Source: Methyloglobulus sp. (lineage in GTDB: Bacteria > Pseudomonadota > Gammaproteobacteria > Methylococcales > Methylomonadaceae). Taken from it: a DNA stretch of 64,000 nucleotides. Every line of letters begins with the position of its first letter. Positions within the stretch are counted from its first letter, which is position 1. The notes below the pieces were generated by a model. The model was given only the letters and a program-made list of their open reading frames with translations, was not told the DNA's origin and did not search any database. Made by a program: the position numbers and the translations under genes. Below, piece after piece: positions 10,010 through 18,993 of the stretch. Location: contig CBDFHL010000006.1 of the NCBI GenBank assembly GCA_965247625.1, positions 34,755 through 98,754 on the forward strand, given 5' to 3'.

Positions 10010-10959
10010 AGATCGATTCCTACAAAAGCCTGGTAATAGGCATCAAAAATTTTGTTCGTTTCGATAAGTAAATCATCATCGGAAGACAACCGTTGCCTCA
10101 TGCCCCGGATCAAGGTTTCTAAGCCAGCCGCTTCCACGACAGGAATTCCCCCTACATCTAGGTAATGTACTAGACTACCGATTCTATTTAGTGCGGAATC
10201 CTTAGCCAACCCAAAACCCCCCAGCAACACTTCAAAAGTCACTTTTGCACCGATATGCGTAAACTCAGCCCCGTCAAAATCAAATCCTAATGCATCGTCA
10301 GGACACTCAATTGGTTCAGATATCCAAATAAAACGAGCATTGGAATCGATAAAACGGTGGATTAGCCAAGCGCTGGCAAGCCGGTCAATCCAGGGACGTT
10401 GACGGGTCGCCCATATCCGGCCTTGGTAATCTTCTATATGTAACCGCCTAATTCGTCGATGCACAGCATGGGGTTCATTGGGCGAAAGGTGTTCAGTGAC
10501 TGAATGTTCTAAATCTTCCAAGACAGAGGAAGCTTGCTCCTGCGCTACACGGGGAAAAAAATCCTGGAAGGCAATGGCTTCAAAATCTTTACGCAACCGA
10601 TAGACCTGTTTTTGAAGTTTGGACAGATCGGCTGGTTGGATATTCAAGCCGGCGGTTTGCTGAATAGCTTTGACCAGTTTTGCGTAATCAGTTGAACGGT
10701 CGAATAGGTTTTCGAAGATTATTTGTTGTTCCTGATTTTCGCTATCTAAAGCCAGGATATGAGCATTCCCTCCACCGGCAATAATATCCTCAGCCTGAAC
10801 CTGAAGCGTCTGCCGGAACTCTTTACGATAAGGCAATAAATACACACCGTCGCGCAATACGCCACAACCCAGCGCTTTGAGTGCCCGCCACACGCGCATC
10901 CTTCCGGCGGAGTTTTGGGTCGGTAGGCTGACGATAAGAATAAGCCAAGCAGGACTCAT
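10006..10959 (-). CDS. chrB: ChrB-like chromate resistance regulator protein
   Basis: The N-terminus LIVSLPTQNSAGRMRVWRALKALGCGVLRDGVYLLP is typical of the ChrB N-domain. It has a 4-nt overlap with chrA. Confidence 0.85.
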   Translation of the reverse strand: MSPAWLILIVSLPTQNSAGRMRVWRALKALGCGVLRDGVYLLPYRKEFRQTLQVQAEDIIAGGGNAHILALDSENQEQQIIFENLFDRSTDYAKLVKAIQQTAGLNIQPADLSKLQKQVYRLRKDFEAIAFQDFFPRVAQEQASSVLEDLEHSVTEHLSPNEPHAVHRRIRRLHIEDYQGRIWATRQRPWIDRLASAWLIHRFIDSNARFIWISEPIECPDDALGFDFDGAEFTHIGAKVTFEVLLGGFGLAKDSALNRIGSLVHYLDVGGIPVVEAAGLETLIRGMRQRLSSDDDLLIETNKIFDAYYQAFVGIDL

Positions 10960-11018
10960 AAAATATGTTCTTTTATAACTATAATGTTTATTATTCTACA
11001 TTATTAAGAATGCAACGC

Positions 11019-11044
11019 AAAAAAAAGGGGCATTAAGCCCCCTT
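11019..11044 (-). terminator. Rho-independent terminator downstream of the protease gene
   Basis: On the - strand the sequence reads GGGGC-TTAAT-GCCCC followed by T8 (stem 11027-11031/11037-11041, A-run 11019-11026 on +). It lies 24 nt after the stop at 11068. Confidence 0.75.
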
Positions 11045-11067
11045 CCCTTTTCATTGGTGAATTTTTA

Positions 11068-13314
11068 TTACCATGTCACCGTTATCACCGACTTGGTATT
11101 ACGGCCAGGATTGTAAACATAACCTAATGCTTCAATTCCAGTTAAGGTAAAAGTAGCCGACCCACCGTTTACTGTAGTTATCGGGGTAGCTGTTTGTTGG
11201 GCAACACCATTTGTGGCTGTTTTACTGCTGACACCACCAGAAAAAGATCCCGACCAGATCCCTTTAACTACAGCGTTGGGTATCAAGCGTCTTTTATCAT
11301 CAACCACAGTAACATCTATCTTTGCTGAAACAGTCTTGCTTCTAATTACGCTCAGCCTTAAAGATGACGCAGAAAAAGTAACGGGTGGCGGTGGTGTTAC
11401 CGTAACCTGAACAGATTGCGTATGTGTTAACAGAAACTCATTTGTAATTGTTAACGTCGCTGTGTAAGTACCTGTTTTGGTATAGGTATGAGCAGGCATT
11501 GGACTCGACGAATAGCCACCGTCACCAAAAGACCATTGATAACCGATGATACGGCCATTTCCCACGGAGCTTTTGGCAGAAAAATTAACCGCTAATGATG
11601 CTGGGCCAGTTAGGGTTGAAGCGGATAAGACGGCTGTTGGCGCTGCCGCAATGCCAGAGGATGTATAAGATCCAGTGATTTGATATTGCCCAACACTACC
11701 ATAAGTTGAATATCCTAAATCAGCTCCTGAAGCGGTATGCGCTGAGCCTTTGACTGATAAGAAATACGTACCAGCCGATACCGTTGTGCTTATCGTAGCA
11801 GAAAGATCCGACTCCGGCGCATTTGTGCTGATTGTTGCACCACTAGCCTTATACAGGGTTAGCTTTATATCAAGGTTTGGGCCTTTCGTCGTGGGTTTTA
11901 CTGTAATATTCATCATTCCACCGGCGGTATCGATCCGGTACATATCAATATCGTTAGCACTTTCAATTACGCCCGATGTTAAAATTGTCGCAGGAGTACC
12001 TGATGCCGCATTCGACAATGAACCCGCAGTCGTAAAGGTATTGCCCACATCGTCTGTCCTTTGAACAAATCCATTTGACGCCAATACTGAGAAATCATCT
12101 TGCTTATTGTTAGCATCTTGATATTCGCCTTTGCTCCATTGGCTTAGATTTTTGTAGTAACCTACTCCCATAATTGGCGCCCATGCTGTCGTGCCGGTAC
12201 CATGACCAGAATAATAGCCGTTCACAGTAGTACCTACCCTTTGGCCATCATGGAATAAACCTAACGTATGTCCAGCTTCGTGCGATACGGCTTCAGCGAT
12301 ATATTTTTCGTTGTTCCCTAATGACTGTTGAAATACCCAAGCCGGTTGATAAGACGTGTTATTTACCATAGAAACAACCCCAACATAAGCCACACCGCCA
12401 CAACTACAACTTACTGTACCGGTTTTAGTAATGACAACCCGTGTTCCATAGGTATTATCAGACGTGCTTGACCGTAGTAATGCATCTGCTGACGGCGCTT
12501 CTGTAGTGACATCAACATCGAAAGGAATGTAATCCTCAGCCACCCTACTCCAAATGCTAACTATATTACTCAACTCGTTATCATTGAAAGCTGCCGGATT
12601 ACCATCCAGGTCATAAGCAGGCGCCACGATTGTTGATGCTGACCATGCCGTATTGCTGGCGGTATGACCATCAAAGTCGAGGTATATGGTTTTGCTCGCG
12701 CCAGGCTTGCTATGTAAAGCAAATGCGTTAGCGGCTGTCGTGGATAAATCGATGGGCAGCCCTGGGCTATTTGCCGTCGCACCATTCGCTGTAACTCGAC
12801 CAGTAAAAGTCTCGTTGCTTGACAAGTGTTGCCCTATAGAATCATCAACGTAAAAAATACGTTTAGTTTTATCGATACGAATTGTGTTATCGGTTAATAG
12901 GAGCTCTTTAAATTTATCTGGGGTAAACCCGTGCCGTGAAGCAATTTTAGGTAAATCAGCGCCAATGTAATCGATTGCACGTTGGCCTTGGTAATTTTCC
13001 GGCATTGCCACGGATGAAACCGCATCTGGAGAAACTAGTTTTGCGTTTGCTAAAGCACTTGCAAAAGAAGGGTGCGCATCTTTGCCAGAACCATTTGCAC
13101 CTGCATCGACAACTTGTTTTATTTTACCAAGTTGATCCATTTCAACAACATAATTCCGCCCGTGCATCACCGAATTAACCAATTCACGATTTTGGCCGAG
13201 ATGTTTGCCAGCTAATTGCGTTTTGTCGCTGGCATAACTCAATGGAGACAAAACAAAACTCGTAGCAATAGCAGATAATACGATTCTTGATCGTATATTT
13301 TTTGAAACATTCAT
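11068..13314 (-). CDS. Secreted zinc metalloprotease (metzincin-type) with PPC and PKD modules
   Basis: HEAGHTLGLFHDG (HExxHxxGxxH). PPC-like segment ..DIDMYRIDTAGGMMNITV... PKD-like segment WSFGDGGYSS..HTYTKTGTYTATLTITN. Signal peptide MNVSKNIRSRIVLSAIATSFVLSPLSYA. The track start 13323 is GTG; ATG at 13314 has an AAGGTG SD sequence. Confidence 0.88.
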   Translation of the reverse strand: MNVSKNIRSRIVLSAIATSFVLSPLSYASDKTQLAGKHLGQNRELVNSVMHGRNYVVEMDQLGKIKQVVDAGANGSGKDAHPSFASALANAKLVSPDAVSSVAMPENYQGQRAIDYIGADLPKIASRHGFTPDKFKELLLTDNTIRIDKTKRIFYVDDSIGQHLSSNETFTGRVTANGATANSPGLPIDLSTTAANAFALHSKPGASKTIYLDFDGHTASNTAWSASTIVAPAYDLDGNPAAFNDNELSNIVSIWSRVAEDYIPFDVDVTTEAPSADALLRSSTSDNTYGTRVVITKTGTVSCSCGGVAYVGVVSMVNNTSYQPAWVFQQSLGNNEKYIAEAVSHEAGHTLGLFHDGQRVGTTVNGYYSGHGTGTTAWAPIMGVGYYKNLSQWSKGEYQDANNKQDDFSVLASNGFVQRTDDVGNTFTTAGSLSNAASGTPATILTSGVIESANDIDMYRIDTAGGMMNITVKPTTKGPNLDIKLTLYKASGATISTNAPESDLSATISTTVSAGTYFLSVKGSAHTASGADLGYSTYGSVGQYQITGSYTSSGIAAAPTAVLSASTLTGPASLAVNFSAKSSVGNGRIIGYQWSFGDGGYSSSPMPAHTYTKTGTYTATLTITNEFLLTHTQSVQVTVTPPPPVTFSASSLRLSVIRSKTVSAKIDVTVVDDKRRLIPNAVVKGIWSGSFSGGVSSKTATNGVAQQTATPITTVNGGSATFTLTGIEALGYVYNPGRNTKSVITVTW

Positions 13315-13413
13315 ATCGGTCACCTTTATAAAAAATTAATCTCAACAAGCATACCAACCGAGCCAACTTGCTAAGGACGATCACATTTACTGGTGATCAA
13401 AATATAGATAAAT

Positions 13414-13429
13414 GTGCCTATATGGGCAC
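13414..13429 (-). terminator. Possible terminator hairpin downstream of the mtd-like gene
   Basis: GTGCC/GGCAC stem with a 6-nt loop. The - strand continues with a T-rich but interrupted tract (ATTTATCTATATTTT). Confidence 0.3.
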
Positions 13430-13544
13430 GTTACGGAACTCAATAATTTAAGCCGATGAGACTATAACAAAACTTTGGATATATATTTGCGACATAGCTC
13501 TAAAATTTATATCGAAAACTTACAGCTACGGTTTAGAAAAGGAT

Positions 13545-14450
13545 TTATTTGGCCATCTCGCGTTTTTTGAGTAATGACAGGGCAAAGGCATAAGTCTCTG
13601 GAAGATCAATGAGCGCTGTTTTACTTGCTGTTTGAATCTCCTTGAATAAGCCAAGTTGGGCTTTATATTTTAAACTCCCAATCCCTAACGGCCCGATACT
13701 GCGGAAACTACCATGCGCGTAATCAACAGGTGTGCCCAAATCATGCAAATTAACCCCTAAAACCCCACTAGGGGGAACAGCATTAGTATCAGCCACCACC
13801 ATTAAACTTTTAGCGTTGTTTAAATGTCCCTCCAAAATACGGATACCCGCTTTGGCTGCACAGATAATTATTTCTGTGTCAGCAATTTCTGTTGTTTTTT
13901 CTTTGTTGGTTTGTGTTGAAACCCATTGTACATCAGTCTTATAGCGCTCAAAGAAGCGCTTAGCGGCGGCTTGATCATCTTCTGCAAGTAGCTTACAGAG
14001 TTTAACGCTAGCACCCTGCTTCGCTGCTAGCATAGCGGCACTTACGCCCACGGGGCCGGAACCAAATACAGTTACCTTTCGCCCCTTTAAGCTACTGTTA
14101 AAATGCTCATCCAAAACCTGCTCAACCAATGCCACGATACTTGATGATGTGGTATAGGCACCGTTAGGGTCGGCAAAAACCCCTATTTCAAAGGGGCTAA
14201 CCATGGCATTTTTAGCGCTTTGAAACATATCGCTCGCCAAGTGGACGTCACGGCCACCGATAAATATTCCGGTATGATTAAATCGATTTGGCGGACGGCA
14301 GAAGATGGCATCTTGAACCATACCAGTGACTTGTTTTAGCTCGACATTCGTGAGCGGTATCACCATATCAAATCCAGCATCAGCCGCAATAGTGGCATCA
14401 AATGGGCTTATATTTGCGGCAGGTGTTAAAAAGTAAAGGATTTTTTTCAT
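13545..14450 (-). CDS. Methylene-tetrahydromethanopterin/tetrahydrofolate dehydrogenase family (MtdA/MtdB-like)
   Basis: It appears colinear with what I recall of MtdA: FIGGRD (vs FVGGGD), DPNGAYTTSSSIVALV (vs DSNGSNTTAAAGVALV), GRKVTVFGSGPVGVSAAMLAAKQGA (Rossmann), VADTNAVPP, GPLGIGSLKYK. Confidence 0.8.
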   Translation of the reverse strand: MKKILYFLTPAANISPFDATIAADAGFDMVIPLTNVELKQVTGMVQDAIFCRPPNRFNHTGIFIGGRDVHLASDMFQSAKNAMVSPFEIGVFADPNGAYTTSSSIVALVEQVLDEHFNSSLKGRKVTVFGSGPVGVSAAMLAAKQGASVKLCKLLAEDDQAAAKRFFERYKTDVQWVSTQTNKEKTTEIADTEIIICAAKAGIRILEGHLNNAKSLMVVADTNAVPPSGVLGVNLHDLGTPVDYAHGSFRSIGPLGIGSLKYKAQLGLFKEIQTASKTALIDLPETYAFALSLLKKREMAK

Positions 14451-14674
14451 TATTTGGCGGCTTCATATTTTATTTATACACGTCATAAATATAGTTGATG
14501 AATATTTAAATACTATGTAAGAAACCTTATGTTATACAGGCTTATTTCAGGATAATTGCGGCAGATAATGCGATAAGTGGCGGGTAAAAATGTTTTGATC
14601 GCATTTTACCCAGGAAAATATGAAAGTAAAATAGCGACAATCCGAAGGCCATGGCTTAAGGTTGAAGTTAACCG

Positions 14675-15874
14675 CTAATCTAAGCTGCTCAACACATCTT
14701 TAGCCCAAGTGATACTTTTAAAGTAAGCTTCACTAATCATTTTTTGATCCATACTCCTGAAATACATCCCGGAAAGATTCCAATGCTCATAATTTACAAC
14801 GCATTCAAGCGCTTCTCCCGCCAGTCCCTCTTTATTTAATATGGCTAATTTAACATCATTCGCTAACGGTAATTGTTGCAATGCCTCGTCCAGCGGGATA
14901 TCTAATATGCTGTCGATACTCGATAAAATACCAATAAGGAAAAAGTGATCCGCTTTTTCATCAGCAAATTTACCTAAATATTCACACATTTTTCCGCGGA
15001 TCAATGAGTTTTGCAGGGTAGCTTTAGGTTTATTGGACAAAGAAGCCAGCGTCAAAATATTGGACCAGCGTTTAACTTCTTTTAACCCCAAGTAAGATAT
15101 AGCATGCTGTATTGATTCAATCTTGCTAGGTAATGCAAAAAATGCAGAATTTATATAATGTAAAAGTTTATAACTAAGCCCGACATCCAATGATATTGTT
15201 TTTGCTAGCTGATCAATTTCTACCTCTGGATCATTGATGATAGTTAGCAACCTAATTGCAGCCGTTTGATTAACGCCTAGGCGTTTACCTGGAACAGTAT
15301 TGGGCTTGTTAAAAAAGAAACCCTGAAAATAATCACAACCTAATTCGCTTAGGTACTGGAATTCTTCATGAGTTTCTACTTTTTCTGCGAGCAGCTTAAT
15401 ATTATAGGATTTAAGATGCTTAATGGCATTCCTGGTTCTTTCCTCCCCCATTTCCAGAACATCTAGTTTGATAATGTCAGCAAATTCAATCAACGGTTTC
15501 CATTCATCTGAATAAACAAAATCATCTAATGCAATCGTATAACCTTGCTGGGAAAATTCCTTTAGGTTGTTGATGATTCTCAAGTCAACCGCAACATTTT
15601 CCAAAACCTCAATAACAACCCTGTCTTTAGGTAAGCTTAAAGGTGTTTTTTCTAGGATATTCTGCGAGGTAAAATTAATAAAAGCTTTGTGGGAACCTAC
15701 TAAGTTATTTAAACCGAGCTCAAGTATCGAGTCAGTAATTATTTGATTCGTCGCCTGGGTTGCTTCACTATTATTTTTTAAATCTAAATCTTTGCCTCTA
15801 AAAAGGAGCTCATAAGCATAAATATCCAACTTTTGATCAAGTATTTGCTGCCGTCCGATAATGAAGTCTGCCAT
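14675..15874 (-). CDS. EAL plus HDOD domain protein (c-di-GMP-related)
   Basis: N-terminal YELLFRG EAL-type signature with downstream DDF.. and ..KLD motifs. The C-terminal half resembles HDOD (..LLHYINSAFFALPSKIESIQHAISYLG..). Confidence 0.85.
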   Translation of the reverse strand: MADFIIGRQQILDQKLDIYAYELLFRGKDLDLKNNSEATQATNQIITDSILELGLNNLVGSHKAFINFTSQNILEKTPLSLPKDRVVIEVLENVAVDLRIINNLKEFSQQGYTIALDDFVYSDEWKPLIEFADIIKLDVLEMGEERTRNAIKHLKSYNIKLLAEKVETHEEFQYLSELGCDYFQGFFFNKPNTVPGKRLGVNQTAAIRLLTIINDPEVEIDQLAKTISLDVGLSYKLLHYINSAFFALPSKIESIQHAISYLGLKEVKRWSNILTLASLSNKPKATLQNSLIRGKMCEYLGKFADEKADHFFLIGILSSIDSILDIPLDEALQQLPLANDVKLAILNKEGLAGEALECVVNYEHWNLSGMYFRSMDQKMISEAYFKSITWAKDVLSSLD

Positions 15875-16013
15875 TTTGCTTATGTAGAGATATTGGGTTG
15901 GATGTTAGATAAAGTTAGCATAGAAAACAAAACTCAGTTGTAAATATAAATATCTTCCATTAATCCTATAAAAAAATAAATATTCACTATAATATTCAAC
16001 AAGTTATATAATT

Positions 16014-16029
16014 ATTGGCTATAGCCAAT
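16014..16029. repeat. 16-bp perfect palindrome ATTGGCTATAGCCAAT (candidate parS/centromere or module boundary), copy 1
   Basis: Perfect dyad 10 nt downstream of the parB stop. The same core recurs at 20283-20298. Confidence 0.6.
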
Positions 16030-16039
16030 TTCGCAGTTG

Positions 16040-17014
16040 TTATATGTAGCCGTCTATTACTGTTTTTAATAACTCAATGATGTCTTCTTTTGCCCCTAAC
16101 TCTTTCTTATCAATCAAAAGCTCTAGCTTTTTGTCATTACGTTTTTTTATAAAAACTGTTACTAAACCATTTTTAGAGACATACTGATTTTTAGTTTTGT
16201 TAGGTGTAACACTTGGGTTAACAGAATTTAATAATTCAGAAATAACCTTGGCCCCATCATAACCCTTCCCTTTCAATTCAATTGCTTTTTGCATTAAATT
16301 GTCTTTAATCGCCTTATTTTTTATTGAATTATTTAAGTAGGGTTTTAACTTTCTGGCGTGGATCACTTTAATGTCGGTTATATCCCGATAAGCGTTAACA
16401 ATTTGTTCAGGCAGGTCGGCAATATCGAGGTATCTGGATAACCAGCTTGTAGTCACTTCTAACCTATTCGCCATTTGGACTTGGTTCTTATAATAATGGC
16501 CAAGGGCATTTTTATAATCTAGCGCCCTCTCATAATCAGAAATATCTTCACGTGCCCTATTTTCAATATCTGAAAGCCTAAACGCTTCTTCATCTGATAA
16601 ATCCCTTATCTCAATAAAGTACTTCCAGCCAAGATATTGGCTGGTCCAAAACCGTCTAGCCCCGCAGATTATTTCATATTTTATTTCCCCTCCCCCTTCA
16701 ATTAACCTGACAATTCCAGGAAACTCCTGCTTGCCAGTTACCTTGAATTGGTCAATCAAATCTTTACATTTTATTTCATTGAGTAAGGCATAATCCCGAT
16801 TATGCCTGTCCCATATTTTGCATTGGCTGGGCTCAACGAGCAATCGGGGCGTTTTTACTTTGCTACCTGACATAATCTCTTTTGTTAAATTCAAGCCTTG
16901 CTCGAATTTATTTTGTCTGATGAAAGTATTATCGGTATCAACTTCACGTGTGTTTTTCTTTTCTTCTTCAATATTTTGCTTCAGTTCGGCAAAGAAATTT
17001 TTATTTTTATTCAT
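16040..17014 (-). CDS. parB: Plasmid partition protein ParB
   Basis: ParB/Srx-type N-domain with ICGARRFW (GxRR box). It lies 12 nt downstream of parA and has a GGAG SD sequence. Confidence 0.88.
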   Translation of the reverse strand: MNKNKNFFAELKQNIEEEKKNTREVDTDNTFIRQNKFEQGLNLTKEIMSGSKVKTPRLLVEPSQCKIWDRHNRDYALLNEIKCKDLIDQFKVTGKQEFPGIVRLIEGGGEIKYEIICGARRFWTSQYLGWKYFIEIRDLSDEEAFRLSDIENRAREDISDYERALDYKNALGHYYKNQVQMANRLEVTTSWLSRYLDIADLPEQIVNAYRDITDIKVIHARKLKPYLNNSIKNKAIKDNLMQKAIELKGKGYDGAKVISELLNSVNPSVTPNKTKNQYVSKNGLVTVFIKKRNDKKLELLIDKKELGAKEDIIELLKTVIDGYI

Positions 17015-17026
17015 AGCATAACTCCG

Positions 17027-18193
17027 TTAATCTAACCCTGCTTCTCTTAAAGCTTTTGCATGGCTTGGCCAGCTACGCCTAATCAAAAGCTCCACTTCTT
17101 TATTTACAGAATCAAGGATATTAAGGCATCTGTTATGCACTTTTGTTGATGTAATCGGGCTGTTTAATTCATATACCGTCCTTTGCCTATTTCCAGCACT
17201 GGCAATTTCGGCTGAATCCCTAAGCTTTGCAGTAAGAACCGATCCTTCAAATTGGTCATTAGCTAAGTCGACAAGTGCTTGTTGAGCACTTTTGTTTTCG
17301 TCATACCGGCTTATTAATATTTTCACGAATTTATATTCAATTGCCCCTAAATAGCGCTCTAAAGATTCCATAGAATTTTTGAGCATTGTTAAAAAGGAAA
17401 TGGTCGACGAAAAATCATACATAGCTGGTGGCATTGGAATTAATAAAGCGTTTGCCGCATAAACCACATTCAACGATATCATTCCCAAGGCTGGAGCGGG
17501 ATCTAAAATAATGATATCGTAATTTTCCTGAATGGTTTCTATGCCCTCTTTCAATAAAGTAAAGGTAGTCGCTGATGGTTTACTTGCTAATTCATACTCC
17601 GCTTGATAAAGCATAAGATTTGAAGGAATTAAATCAAGTGAATCCCAATAGGTTTTTCTGATATAGGGCGCTAACGTTTCTGCTTCTTCCCTTAAAAAGG
17701 GTAATAAGGTCTCACTCTCGTCAATATCGTCATCAGGAATATAACCAAATGTGGTAGTTGTACTCGCTTGTGAATCACAATCAATTATTAATACCCGATA
17801 ACCTTGTTTAGCAAGATACTGGGCTAAATGGCAAGCAACGGTTGACTTTGAAACGCCCCCTTTAAAATTTTGTATTGCCAAAATAACAGGTTCATCGTGT
17901 TTATCGCGATGAAGTCTAGTCCCAAAGACATCCCGCATATTATTTATTTGGGTTAATGAAAAGCCTAACCGTCTGCCATTAGCTCCTGTTTCAGGAGGTT
18001 GTAGCCTACCATCCGCTTCCGCATCCCGAATCGCTTGATAAGACCTACCAACTAATTCTTGTGCCTCTTTAAGCGAATACCTACGCTCGTCGTGTTTTAT
18101 ATTATCAGGTGAAAAGTTAAAATTTCTAAAGGAACGCCGCAGGCCTTCTGTATGTTCAAGCAGCTTATTAATTTTATCCAAACCTGTACCCAT
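17027..18193 (-). CDS. parA: Plasmid partition ATPase ParA (long, type Ia-like with N-terminal extension)
   Basis: Deviant Walker A motif QNFKGGVSKST, plus LIIDCDSQAS. About 100 aa of N-terminal extension, as in P1 ParA / F SopA. The track start 18229 is GTG; I prefer ATG at 18193 (TAGGT SD sequence, MGTGLDKINKLL...). Confidence 0.9.
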   Translation of the reverse strand: MGTGLDKINKLLEHTEGLRRSFRNFNFSPDNIKHDERRYSLKEAQELVGRSYQAIRDAEADGRLQPPETGANGRRLGFSLTQINNMRDVFGTRLHRDKHDEPVILAIQNFKGGVSKSTVACHLAQYLAKQGYRVLIIDCDSQASTTTTFGYIPDDDIDESETLLPFLREEAETLAPYIRKTYWDSLDLIPSNLMLYQAEYELASKPSATTFTLLKEGIETIQENYDIIILDPAPALGMISLNVVYAANALLIPMPPAMYDFSSTISFLTMLKNSMESLERYLGAIEYKFVKILISRYDENKSAQQALVDLANDQFEGSVLTAKLRDSAEIASAGNRQRTVYELNSPITSTKVHNRCLNILDSVNKEVELLIRRSWPSHAKALREAGLD

Positions 18194-18230
18194 ATTATTA
18201 CCTAACTTGATCATTATGTTATAATTCACA

Positions 18231-18243
18231 TTGATAATATCAA
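18231..18243. promoter_or_regulatory. Palindrome TTGATA-A-TATCAA upstream of parA (candidate operator overlapping a -35-like TTGATA)
   Basis: 6-bp arms around one central base, ~38 nt upstream of the preferred parA ATG. On the - strand TTGATA is followed 16 nt later by TAACAT. Confidence 0.3.
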
Positions 18244-18387
18244 GTACACCTGAAGTTGTCTATGTTTCTTTCCGATATTTCTTTTTATTTTTGGATTATG
18301 TATGTATATGTTTTTAAACAAAACATAACATATATATAGATTAATAAATATTTATAACAACATGAATAATATAGAGTTATTTTCATT

Positions 18388-18921
18388 GGTGGCGTAATTT
18401 CCGGGAAATTTAGGATTTAATGTGCTTTATATGTGTCTGATTTATATATGTTATTAAGATAATAATGATGAATAATGGTGGCTAAAATATAAATAAGGTG
18501 GCTAAATATACGGCTTAAGTAACCTAGCTTACTTATTGAAAATAAAAGAAAATAATCTAATATGATTATTTTTAGGTGGCTAAAAATTACGTAGTAATTG
18601 TAAAAGGTGGCTTAATTTCCGGTATTGGTGGCTAGATGTCAGGAATTAAAATAACTTGAATATACCCATAGATACTTAATCTCTATGTCCAGTTTAAGCT
18701 ATTGCCATTGTTAAATGGTGGCTAAATATGCGGGATTTGGCTCTTATAAATATCTTGAAAAGATATGATGGTGGCTTAAATTCCGGAGCGGTGTGTTTTG
18801 GTTGTTTGTACCCATATAAATCAGGGGATGTTCTTAAATTTCTCTGTTTTTTATAAAGGAAAGGTGGCTAAAAAACCGGAATAGGTGGCGTTAATTCCGG
18901 TAAAGGTGGCTAAAAATCCGG
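18388..18921 (+). repeat. Iteron array / oriV: 11 direct copies of GGTGGC(T/G)(T/A)AA(A/T)(A/T)(A/T)(T/A)CCGG-like 17-mers
   Basis: GGTGGC cores start at 18388, 18477, 18497, 18575, 18606, 18627, 18717, 18770, 18863, 18884 and 18905, all in the same orientation. The last three lie at ~21-bp spacing just upstream of rep. A very AT-rich stretch (18245-18385) sits beside them. Confidence 0.88.
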
Positions 18922-18993
18922 AGAATTTTAATGAGAATTCTGCCGCTGTTATAGGCATCTATTTTATTGAAGTAGTTTGGGATAAGGATTTTT

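Noticed and set aside
14582-14611. Hairpin GGGTAAAAATG..CATTTTACCC downstream of the EAL-HDOD gene, considered as a terminator.
   Set aside because: The stem has a bulge, and no U-tract follows on either strand, so the evidence for function is insufficient.
18388-18921. The GGTGGCTAAA.. repeats could have been a small CRISPR array.
   Set aside because: The repeats are only ~17 bp and degenerate. Their spacing is irregular (about 20 to 90 bp), and no cas genes are present. They sit between parA and a Rep gene next to an AT-rich stretch, which is the classic iteron/oriV layout.
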